Shown piece after piece: positions 7,690 through 16,390 of a stretch of 64,000 nucleotides of DNA. The stretch spans positions 2,153-66,152 of the forward strand of contig URVV01000005.1 in the NCBI GenBank assembly GCA_900551455.1, in the 5' to 3' direction. The notes under the pieces were generated by a model. It was not told the DNA's origin. It saw only the letters and a list, made by a program, of their open reading frames with translations, and did not search any database. The stretch comes from an uncultured Mycoplasmatota bacterium (GTDB taxonomy: Bacteria; Bacillota_I; Bacilli_A; RF39; UBA660). Made by a program: the position numbers and the translations under genes. Position 1 is the first letter of the stretch, and each line of letters opens with the position of its first letter.

Positions 7690-8877
7690 ATGGGTAAAAT
7701 TGTTACGATGCATGAACTAGCGCAAGTATTAAAACTATGTGATAAATATTTAATTAATAGATATCAAACTAATATTGAACGATTGATGGAAATGAATATA
7801 GATAATAAAGTTGAATCAATATTGATGTTATTGTTAGCAAATAAAGAAATATCTAACTTATTTGAACAATATGAATTATATGATGTTATGTATGATTTAT
7901 TAGATAGTTATTCTCAAAAAAAGATCTTTGCTATTTCGGATGATACACTTAGATTATCTACTAAAAGACCAAATGATTTAACTGAGACTGAATATAGAGT
8001 TACAGAAGATAGACTTGATAAAATTTTTGAATCACTTGAACATAATATGGAGTTATATGATAGATTATATAGAGATAAAATTTGGATTATAGATAGTAGC
8101 ATAGGTCGAACTGAAAGAATATCAATTTCACCAACTAGATTTTTTCATTTAATGGGATTAGATGAGAAAGATTTTAAAGATGATGCCTCTATGAGATTAT
8201 TTGAAAGCGTTTTCTCAACAGAAGATAGTATAAGAACTTTGATGAAAGATAGAAAAGATTTGTTTAAAGTATTGGAAAAAATGTTACAAAGAGAAACAAC
8301 AATTAAACAGGCAATTTTAGATGGGACATTAAAGCCTGTTATTAATCCACAAAAATTAGAAATGAAAGGATTTTCATTTGAAAGAATAGGAATTATTGAA
8401 CATTCAAGTGGTATGATCTTTTATGATAAAGAATTAGCTAAACGATTAGAATATAATACAAGACTTCAAACAGATTTAATATTACTTAGTAATTTTATAA
8501 GAAAATATAATTTAGAATTTGTATTCTCTATGTATAGAAAATATAAACATACGCCAAAAGCAAAGGATGTAGAAAGTTTAATTATTCCACAAAGAGGGTA
8601 TGAAAATTCTGAATTTATTAAAGGCCAACAAGTTTCAATAAGCGAATCAGCTAGAAGATATTCGCCCAAAGATTTTGATTATACAATTCGCACAGAAGAT
8701 GGAAGCGAAGAACCTTTATCTGATCCAGATGAATTTGTTGAATTCAGTGATGAAGATAAAGCAAGAATGGCACATACAATTATAACTGAATTACCATTAC
8801 TTGATACTGAACATTTAAAAGAAGTATATAATACATTAAAAAACAATTTATCAAATGGTAAAAATCATAAAAAGTAA
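7690..8877 (+). CDS. Hypothetical cytoplasmic protein (395 aa) with an acidic C-terminal region
   Basis: Good RBS (TAGGAG). No TM segment or signal peptide. I can name no domain with confidence. ISPTRFFHLMGLD is faintly reminiscent of nuclease/toxin-type folds but this is unsupported. Confidence 0.75.
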   Translation: MGKIVTMHELAQVLKLCDKYLINRYQTNIERLMEMNIDNKVESILMLLLANKEISNLFEQYELYDVMYDLLDSYSQKKIFAISDDTLRLSTKRPNDLTETEYRVTEDRLDKIFESLEHNMELYDRLYRDKIWIIDSSIGRTERISISPTRFFHLMGLDEKDFKDDASMRLFESVFSTEDSIRTLMKDRKDLFKVLEKMLQRETTIKQAILDGTLKPVINPQKLEMKGFSFERIGIIEHSSGMIFYDKELAKRLEYNTRLQTDLILLSNFIRKYNLEFVFSMYRKYKHTPKAKDVESLIIPQRGYENSEFIKGQQVSISESARRYSPKDFDYTIRTEDGSEEPLSDPDEFVEFSDEDKARMAHTIITELPLLDTEHLKEVYNTLKNNLSNGKNHKK

Positions 8878-8918
8878 TAATTATATAAGAATTGTAATTT
8901 ATTAAAATTTGTTATTTT

Positions 8919-8941
8919 TTAGATACGTTTTTAGATACGTT
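8919..8941 (+). repeat. Tandem dimer TTAGATACGTT-t-TTAGATACGTT (12-bp period)
   Basis: Exact 11-mers at 8919-8929 and 8931-8941. Confidence 0.9.
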
Positions 8942-8950
8942 CTGCTAGGT

Positions 8951-9040
8951 TTGCCGAGTGCTACGGAGTGCTCCCAAGTGCAGCCAAGTACCAAATTAAT
9001 GAGCCAAGTGCTCCCAAAAGCTGCCAAAATTCCCAATACA
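8951..9040. repeat. Degenerate tandem array with a strict 10-bp period (about 9 units, consensus ctcCCAAGTG)
   Basis: ttgCCGAGTG ctaCGGAGTG ctcCCAAGTG cagCCAAGTA ccaaattaat gagCCAAGTG ctcCCAAAAG ctgCCAAAAT tCCCAATACA. By hand count 44 of 90 bases are G+C, against very AT-rich flanks. A 10-bp period is not a multiple of 3, so the array is not coding. Confidence 0.85.
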
Positions 9041-9101
9041 AAAGGCCATTAAACAGTGTCTTTTTATAACTAAATTATCTACTACTGAAAATCTAATAAA
9101 C

Positions 9102-9341
9102 CTAATTATTTATTTCAGCAAGTTTAGCCATAATTCTAGCATAAACTTCAGTATAATATAAATAATCTGCTGTAGATAGATCACCTACTGAAATAGAATT
9201 AATTTTATTTAGATAATCAGTGTATTTTAACATAAATTTAGAGTAATCAGCCGCCATTAATGCTGCATCATAACTTGTTGCACTTGAATATTTTTTAATA
9301 AAAGCAATATACTCATCAAAAAACTTTTCATAAGAATCCAT
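9102..9341 (-). CDS. Small helical protein (79 aa), possibly a gene fragment
   Basis: EKFFDEYIAFIKKY...DLSTADYLYYTEVYARIMAKL resembles a helical module found at the C-terminus of many Firmicute lipoproteins. There is no Shine-Dalgarno sequence, and an in-frame TAG lies two codons upstream of the ATG. Confidence 0.4.
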   Translation of the reverse strand: MDSYEKFFDEYIAFIKKYSSATSYDAALMAADYSKFMLKYTDYLNKINSISVGDLSTADYLYYTEVYARIMAKLAEINN

Positions 9342-9502
9342 ATAAAACTATTATTCGAAGATCTAGATGAAACTAATGATAAAACAAATTAAAACATTGT
9401 AAAACTAATGTCAAAAAAGCTATAATTTATTGACTAAAACAGTCACGTATCATAAGATTAAATTAGATATTATAAGCAGTAAAAGAAAGGACTGATAAAA
9501 AA

Positions 9503-9946
9503 ATGAATATTGGATTAACAAATGATCACAGAGGCGTATTAGTCAAACAATATTTGACAGAATACTTAACTAACTTAGGTTATAATGTAATAAACTATGG
9601 GACTGATAGTACTGAACCTGCAGATTTTCCTGATTATGCCAAAAAACTTGGTAACGGAATACTAAACGGAGAAATAAAACTAGGAATTGCTATTTGTGGT
9701 ACAGGAATAGGTATGAGTATTGCCCTAAATAAAATGAAAGGTATTTATTGTGCAAAAGTATCGAATACTAGCGAAGCTGTCTTATCTAAAGCTCATAATA
9801 ACGCTAACGTAATGGCTATCTCTGAAGAAATGGATAAAGAAACCCTAAAAGAAGTAGTCAAAGCATTTATTGAAACCCCATTTACCAATATAGATCGTTA
9901 CATTATTAGAAACAACAAAATAAAGGAATTAGAAGAAAATGTATAA
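9503..9946 (+). CDS. rpiB: Ribose-5-phosphate isomerase B (RpiB/LacA/LacB family)
   Basis: 147 aa with DHRGVLVKQYL...GIAICGTGIGMSIALNK...AHNNANVMAI. A candidate promoter is TTGACT (9430-9435), 17 nt, TAAGAT. Confidence 0.9.
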   Translation: MNIGLTNDHRGVLVKQYLTEYLTNLGYNVINYGTDSTEPADFPDYAKKLGNGILNGEIKLGIAICGTGIGMSIALNKMKGIYCAKVSNTSEAVLSKAHNNANVMAISEEMDKETLKEVVKAFIETPFTNIDRYIIRNNKIKELEENV

Positions 9947-10127
9947 TTTTCTTTTATACCTACTAGTATTAATCATTGTTATCTGGGCTATGGATGGTGT
10001 AAATATTAATGCCATTTTTAAAAAAAATCGTGTTTACCAAGCAAAAGTATTCTACATCATTATCATATTTAGCCTTGCATCAATGACTACAAACTTTATC
10101 TTATCATTTTTAAATAGTTTAAAATAA
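9939..10127 (+). CDS. Small membrane protein, DUF1146/YwzB-like
   Basis: 62 aa with two TM segments. It overlaps the rpiB stop. It sits upstream of spoIID, as ywzB does in Bacillus. Confidence 0.7.
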   Translation: MYNFLLYLLVLIIVIWAMDGVNINAIFKKNRVYQAKVFYIIIIFSLASMTTNFILSFLNSLK

Positions 10128-10156
10128 GGAAGTACAAATTAAGAAAAGAGGATTAT

Positions 10157-11080
10157 ATGAAAAAAATTATGATCTTTATAATACTATTAATTTTTATTCC
10201 TTTTTTTATTGTTCTTATCTACAATAAAAATTATAAAGAAATAGAGTTAAATTATATTACTACTAGGTATATTAGAGTAAAAAGATTAAATACTAATAAT
10301 ATTGAAACTATTCCCCTAGAAGAATATATTGTCGGTGTATTAGCTGGAGAAATGCCTATCAATTTTGATATCGAAGCCCTAAAAGCTCAAGCCGTTGCCT
10401 CAAGAAGTTATGCCTTAAAAAGAATAGAATACAATAAAGGCAAAGAATATGATGTCGTAGACAGTATTCTAAATCAAGTATATTTAGATAACGAATACTT
10501 AAAAAAAGCTTGGGGTAATAACTATGTTAAAAACATCAATAAACTAAGAAAAGCAGTTAATGCTACCATTGATGAATATTTATCGTATAATTCACTTGTC
10601 GTAGATGCCTTATTCTTTTCAACCAGTAACGGATATACCGAAGATAGTCAAGCAGTATTTAATTTTGAATGTGACTATTTAAAAAGTGTTGAAAGTCCCT
10701 GGGACAGCGAAGTATCAAGTGCATATCTTACTAATAAAACCTTATCCCTAAAAGAATTTTATCAAAAACTAAATTTGCCATATAATAAAAACTTAAATGT
10801 TGAAATATTAAAAAGAAGTAGTACTAACCGTATACTTCTTTTAAAAATAAATAATCAAGAATTTAAAGGAACAGATCTTTATAGTAAATTATCACTAAGA
10901 TCTACTGATTTTACAATTACTCTTTTAGGAGACAACGTTAAAATAACTACTAAAGGATATGGCCACGGAGTAGGTATGAGTCAATATGGAGCACTAGGAA
11001 TGGCTAAAAAAGGTTATACATACGAAGAAATACTAAAACACTACTACAAAAACACATTTATCACAAAATTAAAAAATTAA
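10157..11080 (+). CDS. spoIID: Stage II sporulation protein D (lytic transglycosylase)
   Basis: N-terminal TM segment, EEYIVGVLAGEMPINFDIEALKAQAVASRSYAL and GHGVGMSQYGALGMAKKGYTYEEIL. Confidence 0.9.
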   Translation: MKKIMIFIILLIFIPFFIVLIYNKNYKEIELNYITTRYIRVKRLNTNNIETIPLEEYIVGVLAGEMPINFDIEALKAQAVASRSYALKRIEYNKGKEYDVVDSILNQVYLDNEYLKKAWGNNYVKNINKLRKAVNATIDEYLSYNSLVVDALFFSTSNGYTEDSQAVFNFECDYLKSVESPWDSEVSSAYLTNKTLSLKEFYQKLNLPYNKNLNVEILKRSSTNRILLLKINNQEFKGTDLYSKLSLRSTDFTITLLGDNVKITTKGYGHGVGMSQYGALGMAKKGYTYEEILKHYYKNTFITKLKN

Positions 11081-11125
11081 GTATATAATTACCAATTTTG
11101 TTCAAACTTATAGTAGGTGAGTAAA

Positions 11126-11761
11126 ATGAATAAGAAAAGATTTAAAAGTTTTGTAGTTCCTACTATGTATACCATAGCTATAGCCACATTTGGTACCAGT
11201 ATGTATTTTATCCAAAAAGTAGTTAATAAAAATCAATTTGAAAGTAATGATAATATGGAATATGTTGATAAAGAAATTGTTACTGATAATGAATATATAC
11301 CAGTAGTCAATGAACAATTAACTATTTTAAAACCATTTTCAAATGAATCAGTAACAATTTCTAAAACCTTCTATAACTATGAAGGAGAATCAAAAAGTCA
11401 AGAAAACTCTATTATTTTCTATGAAAATACATATATGCAAAATACTGGTATAGATTATACCCTAAATCAATCATTTGATATAATCTCTATACTAGACGGT
11501 GTAGTTTTAGAAGTTACTGATAATGAAATATTAGGAAAAACTATCAAAATAAAACACGATAATGATTTAATAAGTACCTATCAGAGTTTATCTGAAATAA
11601 AAGTGAAAAAAGATGATACTGTTATAAGAGGTCAAGTAATTGGAAAAAGTGGTACTAGTAGTCTTTATAGTAAAGATTATAATCTTCACTTTGAACTATG
11701 CTATCAAGGAAAAAATGTTAATCCTGAAGAATACTATAATAAGACTAAAGACGAATTATAG
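11126..11761 (+). CDS. spoIIQ: Membrane-anchored LytM/M23-domain protein, SpoIIQ-like by context
   Basis: N-terminal TM segment, then an M23 domain (IKIKHDNDLISTYQSL...NLHFELCYQG). Its position between spoIID and spoIIID matches clostridial spoIIQ. Start chosen at ATG 11126 (RBS AGGTGA) rather than GTG 11117. Confidence 0.55.
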   Translation: MNKKRFKSFVVPTMYTIAIATFGTSMYFIQKVVNKNQFESNDNMEYVDKEIVTDNEYIPVVNEQLTILKPFSNESVTISKTFYNYEGESKSQENSIIFYENTYMQNTGIDYTLNQSFDIISILDGVVLEVTDNEILGKTIKIKHDNDLISTYQSLSEIKVKKDDTVIRGQVIGKSGTSSLYSKDYNLHFELCYQGKNVNPEEYYNKTKDEL

Positions 11762-11810
11762 GCATACGCCTTTTTTTCAAATAATATAATTAACTGAAGG
11801 GGTAATTATA

Positions 11811-12074
11811 TTGAGTAAAGAAATTATGAAAAGGGTTATTGCCGTAGCAGATCATATTATCAATACCAAAGATACAATTAGAAAAACAGCTACTTACTTT
11901 AACATTAGTAAAAGTACAATTCACAAAGATATTCAAGAAAGATTAAAAATAATTGACGTCAATCGTTATCAATCTGTAAAAAAAATTATGAATGAACACT
12001 TAGAAATAAGGCATATCCTTGGAGGGGAGTCAACCCGTCAATTATTTTTGAGAAAAAAACAACTTACACTGTAA
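11811..12074 (+). CDS. spoIIID: Stage III sporulation protein D (mother-cell transcription regulator)
   Basis: HTH region FNISKSTIHKDIQERL and C-terminal IRHILGGESTRQLF. TTG start with RBS GAAGGGG. Confidence 0.9.
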   Translation: MSKEIMKRVIAVADHIINTKDTIRKTATYFNISKSTIHKDIQERLKIIDVNRYQSVKKIMNEHLEIRHILGGESTRQLFLRKKQLTL

Positions 12075-12125
12075 AAAACTGTAAATATATGGTAAAATAG
12101 AAAATATACAAGAAAGGGTGATATT

Positions 12126-13115
12126 ATGTTTAATAAAGACATTGGTATAGATTTAGGAACAGCTAATGTTCTAATCTACATCAAAGGACAAGGCATCGTC
12201 TTAAACGAACCTAGTGTCGTAGCTATTGACTCAGATACCAAAAGGCCATTAGCAGTAGGTACTGAAGCCAGAGAAATGTTAGGACGAACACCCGGCAAAG
12301 TAAAAGCTATAAAACCTATGAAAGATGGAGTTATTGCTGACTTTGAGACAACAGAGGTAATGCTAAATTATTTTATCAAAAAAGTAAATGGCAAAAGTTT
12401 TTTTCAACGACCAAGAATTCTTATTTGCTGTCCATCAAATATAACTCAAGTAGAAAAGAATGCTATTAAAGAAGCCGCAGAAAGAACAGGAGCCAAAAAA
12501 GTTTTTCTTGAAGAAGAACCTAAAGTAGCAGCTATTGGTGCTGGAATGGACATTTCAAAACCATCTGGTAATATGGTAATAGATATTGGTGGTGGAACAA
12601 CCGACATAGCCATTCTCTCACTAGGAGGTATTGTCGAAAGTGCCTCTATTAGAGTAGCAGGAAATGCTTTTGATAACGATATCATAAAATACATAAAGGA
12701 TAAATATAAACTATTAGTTGGAGAACGCACTGCTGAAGAAATAAAAATAACAATAGGTACAGTCTATCCTGGTAGTAGAAATGAAAAAATGGAAGTCCGT
12801 GGAAGAGACCTTGTAACTGGATTACCACATACTATAACTCTAACAAGTGAAGAAGTTGAAGAAGGACTACGAGAAAGCGTTTATACTATAATACACGCTG
12901 CTAAAGGTATACTAGAACAAACTCCTCCAGAATTATCTGCCGACATCATTGATAAAGGTATCGTCTTAACTGGTGGTGGCTCTTTAGTAGATGGCTTCAA
13001 TCAACTACTAGCCCACGAATTAAAAGTACCTGTATTTACCGCTGAAAGTCCACTTACTTGTGTTGCCGAAGGTACAGGTATTCTCCTAGATAATATTTAT
13101 ATGATAGATAAATAA
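12126..13115 (+). CDS. mreB: Rod-shape-determining actin homologue, MreB/Mbl family (mbl-like position after spoIIID)
   Basis: DIGIDLGTANVLIY...PSVVAI...VIDIGGGTTDIA...GIVLTGGGSL. Confidence 0.93.
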   Translation: MFNKDIGIDLGTANVLIYIKGQGIVLNEPSVVAIDSDTKRPLAVGTEAREMLGRTPGKVKAIKPMKDGVIADFETTEVMLNYFIKKVNGKSFFQRPRILICCPSNITQVEKNAIKEAAERTGAKKVFLEEEPKVAAIGAGMDISKPSGNMVIDIGGGTTDIAILSLGGIVESASIRVAGNAFDNDIIKYIKDKYKLLVGERTAEEIKITIGTVYPGSRNEKMEVRGRDLVTGLPHTITLTSEEVEEGLRESVYTIIHAAKGILEQTPPELSADIIDKGIVLTGGGSLVDGFNQLLAHELKVPVFTAESPLTCVAEGTGILLDNIYMIDK

Positions 13116-13134
13116 AATAAAAAGTAATGGTTAA

Positions 13135-13560
13135 TTAAATAAAACCATTACTTTTAAATTTAGCAGTAATTTTCTCAATTGAAGAATTACCATTAATTCG
13201 CATTGCCACCGTTTCCTCAACACCATTTTTAACAAATACCGTTACTGGTGTCCCATCAAAAACAAATAAATCCTTAAACTTAGTCTTTTGATCACTAGTA
13301 AGCAAATCAAATTCAATATAATATACAACTAACTTATTATCATTAGCTACTTTCCTTAATTTAGGTTTATAATCCTTACAATGATCACAAATTGTCTGAC
13401 TAATTAAAAGCACAAAACTATCCTTATTATTAATTTTTTCTACAAGTTTATCATATTTAATCTCTTCTAAATAAGACTTACTAGTAATTGCATTTAAAAT
13501 AATTGCTCCTAAAAGGATAACCACACATACGCTAAATAATACAATAGCCCTTTTTTTCAT
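13135..13560 (-). CDS. Membrane-anchored thioredoxin-fold protein
   Basis: N-terminal TM segment and a CDHC (CxxC) motif in ISQTICDHCKDYKP. Confidence 0.65.
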   Translation of the reverse strand: MKKRAIVLFSVCVVILLGAIILNAITSKSYLEEIKYDKLVEKINNKDSFVLLISQTICDHCKDYKPKLRKVANDNKLVVYYIEFDLLTSDQKTKFKDLFVFDGTPVTVFVKNGVEETVAMRINGNSSIEKITAKFKSNGFI

Positions 13561-13594
13561 AATATCACCACAATAATCATAGCACGATTATCAT

Positions 13595-14149
13595 TTATTG
13601 ACAAGATTTTTCAAAATATTCTTCCAACGTTAAATTGTTATAATATATATAACTAGCCATATTTCCTACATATCTAAGATGCCATCCCTCATAATTATAT
13701 CCAGTTATATCTTCCTTATTCAAAGGATATCTCAGTATAAAACCAAATCTATGAGCATTTTTTAAAACAAAATTTAACTCTTCAAAATCTATAATTTCAT
13801 GTTCAACATAACATTTATTATCTCTATAAACACATACATCAACCGCTAATCCCGTCTGATGCTCTGAGGCCCCAGGTAAAGCAATATATCTAAAAGCATA
13901 ATTAAATCCCTTTTCTAAAACCAATTTATTATATAATTTCTCTTGATAATTATAATCTCGATATCCACTCATAATATCAATATTATATCCATAACCCTTA
14001 GCCAAAGCCCGCATAAGTTTAAACATTCTAGCAACTTTTTTACATACTAAAATATTATCTCTATATATACTTCCACTATCTATCAAATCATCAGGAATAT
14101 ACGTTCTCTCTAATAAATTATTCTTGTTAACTAACATTAGATAATTCAT
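13595..14149 (-). CDS. D-alanyl-D-alanine carboxypeptidase, VanY/M15B family
   Basis: SGYRDYNYQEKLY, PGASEHQTGLAVD and EGWHLRYVG. Start taken at ATG 14149 (RBS AGGTGA). The track begins at GTG 14158. Confidence 0.85.
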   Translation of the reverse strand: MNYLMLVNKNNLLERTYIPDDLIDSGSIYRDNILVCKKVARMFKLMRALAKGYGYNIDIMSGYRDYNYQEKLYNKLVLEKGFNYAFRYIALPGASEHQTGLAVDVCVYRDNKCYVEHEIIDFEELNFVLKNAHRFGFILRYPLNKEDITGYNYEGWHLRYVGNMASYIYYNNLTLEEYFEKSCQ

Positions 14150-14210
14150 ATAATTCACCTAATATATTATATGAATTATCCATAAAATTGCCAATACTTC
14201 CATAACCATC

Positions 14211-14240
14211 AAAAAATATCATTTATAAAATGATATTTTT
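14211..14240. terminator. Bidirectional hairpin downstream of pcrA
   Basis: AAATATCATT / AATGATATTT stem flanked by A- and T-runs. Confidence 0.6.
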
Positions 14241-14290
14241 AATTCTAAAACCAATTTAAAACCGTACTAAACTTTTTTCTAAACCAAGTT

Positions 14291-16390
14291 TTATTCAACT
14301 TTACTAATACTTTTATGTTTAGCCATCATTTTCTTAATTCCAAAAGGATGTGGAAAAGCGATAGTAACTAAAGACTTATCACACGCCACTACAACGCCTT
14401 CCCCAAATTCCTCGTGCTTAACGTGATCTCCTACTTGATAAGAAACGTCTTCTTGTCTAAACATGTTTCCCTTAACAAAATTACTTGCCTTAGAAACAAG
14501 ACTAACTCTATTATTTTCACATTCTACATATTTAGGATCAATTTCTTCCATAAACCTACTTGGCATATTAATCTGAGTATTACCAAATAACATTCTTCGT
14601 TTACAATTTAACATCCATAAATTCTTTTTAGCCCTCGTAATAGCTACATAACAAAGCCTACGTTCCTCTTCAATCGCTGCCATCGTTCCCTCATTAATTG
14701 AATTATAATGTGGAAAAATTCCTTCTTCCATTCCAACAATAAATACATTATCAAATTCCAATCCCTTAACCGCATGAATTGTCATTAAACTAACTTTATT
14801 ACTACTATCTTGATGTTCCGAAATATCACTAACTAAAGAAACTTCATTCAAAAAATCAGTTAAAGAAATAACTCCATATTCTTCTTCATAACCTTTAGTA
14901 ATTGATTTAAATTCTTCCAAGTTTTCCAATCTAATTTCCGACTCTAAACTCTTATCACTACTAAGTTCATCCCTAAGTCCACTTAATTTAAGTACCATTT
15001 CTACCATTTCAGTCAAAGTAAGACTCTCACATTTCTCCTTCATTTCCAAAATTAAATTTTTAAATCCTAGTTCTTTACCACTATCAATTGCTTCAAATAA
15101 AGATATCCCCTTATCATTAGCTACTTTAGATAATGCTTCAATTGTCTTATCACCGATTCCTCTTTTAGGAGTATTAATAACCCTAAGCAAACTAACATCA
15201 TCATCTGGATTATTAATAATTCTAAGATAACATAACAAATCTTTAATTTCCTTACGATTATAAAAGTAAAAACTACCTACAATTCTATAAGGAATGCCAT
15301 TCTTAAGCATCTCTTCCTCAATCAATCTACTCTGTGCATTAGTCCTATATAATATAGCAATATCCTCATAATTAACATTATATTTATCTCGTAATTCCTT
15401 AATCTTATCAGTTACAAAACTACATTCTTCTTTATCACTTTCACATTTAATATACTTAACCTTATCCCCAACATCATTATTACACCATAAATTCTTATCT
15501 TTTCTCATTTTGTTATGTCTAATTACACTATTTGCAGCATCCAATATATTCTGTGTCGAACGATAATTCTCCTCTAACATAATAACCTTACAATCTGGAT
15601 AATCCTTCTCAAAATTAAGTATATTCTTATAATTAGCTCCTCTAAAAGCATATATTGCTTGATCATTATCCCCAACTACAAAAATATTCTTATGATTATT
15701 ACATAGCATCTTACTAAATATATATTGTGCTTCATTCGTATCCTGATACTCATCAATTAACACATACTTATATTTATCTTGATAATACTTTAAAACATCC
15801 GGATATTCCTTAAATAACTTAATAGGCAAAATTAATAAATCATCAAAATCAACAGAATTGTTGATAAGTAATTTCCTATTATACTTCTCATATACAGAAA
15901 TAATATTTTTATCAAACTCCATTCTTGCAAATTGATTTGGAGTTAAAAGTTCATTTTTAGCAGAACTAATCTTATTTCTTATCTCTCTAGCATTATAATA
16001 TTTCGGATTTAAATCCATCTCCTTCATAATTTTTTTAACAACTGTTAAAGTATCATCACTATCTAAAATAACAAAATTACTCTTATAACCCAATCTTGAA
16101 TAATTCTCTTTAAGTAATCTAAGCCCCAAAGAATGAAATGTTGATATCTGAATACTCTTCGCATCATTCCCAATTAATTTAATTTCTCTCTCTTTCATTT
16201 CTTTAGCAGCCTTATTAGTAAAAGTAATTGCTAAAATATTATCAACACTTACACCATTTTCTATTAAATAAGCTATTCTACTAGTAAGAACCTTTGTCTT
16301 TCCTGATCCAGCTCCCGCTAAAACTAACATCGGTCCGTTAATATGTTTAACAGCTTCCAATTGTTCTTTATTTAAACTACTTAAGTTCAT
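14291..16390 (-). CDS. pcrA: ATP-dependent DNA helicase PcrA (UvrD/Rep family)
   Basis: LNKEQLEAVKHINGPMLVLAGAGSGKTKVLT, VLIDEYQDTN and LEENYRST. Start at the second ATG after GGAGG. Confidence 0.93.
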   Translation of the reverse strand: MNLSSLNKEQLEAVKHINGPMLVLAGAGSGKTKVLTSRIAYLIENGVSVDNILAITFTNKAAKEMKEREIKLIGNDAKSIQISTFHSLGLRLLKENYSRLGYKSNFVILDSDDTLTVVKKIMKEMDLNPKYYNAREIRNKISSAKNELLTPNQFARMEFDKNIISVYEKYNRKLLINNSVDFDDLLILPIKLFKEYPDVLKYYQDKYKYVLIDEYQDTNEAQYIFSKMLCNNHKNIFVVGDNDQAIYAFRGANYKNILNFEKDYPDCKVIMLEENYRSTQNILDAANSVIRHNKMRKDKNLWCNNDVGDKVKYIKCESDKEECSFVTDKIKELRDKYNVNYEDIAILYRTNAQSRLIEEEMLKNGIPYRIVGSFYFYNRKEIKDLLCYLRIINNPDDDVSLLRVINTPKRGIGDKTIEALSKVANDKGISLFEAIDSGKELGFKNLILEMKEKCESLTLTEMVEMVLKLSGLRDELSSDKSLESEIRLENLEEFKSITKGYEEEYGVISLTDFLNEVSLVSDISEHQDSSNKVSLMTIHAVKGLEFDNVFIVGMEEGIFPHYNSINEGTMAAIEEERRLCYVAITRAKKNLWMLNCKRRMLFGNTQINMPSRFMEEIDPKYVECENNRVSLVSKASNFVKGNMFRQEDVSYQVGDHVKHEEFGEGVVVACDKSLVTIAFPHPFGIKKMMAKHKSISKVE

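Larger units (their letters stand above)
4058..9100. other. Accessory gene island with repeated modular intergenic architecture; no mobility gene seen
   Basis: Four orphan genes (a fifth small ORF at 9102-9341 lies just beyond) sit between the housekeeping neighbours rpmE and rpiB. The island also carries repeated SEC-C-tail/terminator modules, TTAGATA[A/C]GTT dimers and a shared promoter/RBS module (see the individual features and findings). Confidence 0.55.

Noticed and set aside
8951-9040. CRISPR array.
   Set aside because: The repeats are contiguous 10-mers without spacers, far shorter than CRISPR repeats. No cas genes are in the window, and no other CRISPR-like array was seen anywhere in the 64 kb.
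10063-10094. Possible sigma-E promoter (TCATATT, 17 nt, CTACAAAC) inside ywzB upstream of spoIID.
   Set aside because: The -10 element matches the CATACA-T consensus poorly and AT-rich sequence produces many such near-matches. It is not reportable without transcript 5' ends.
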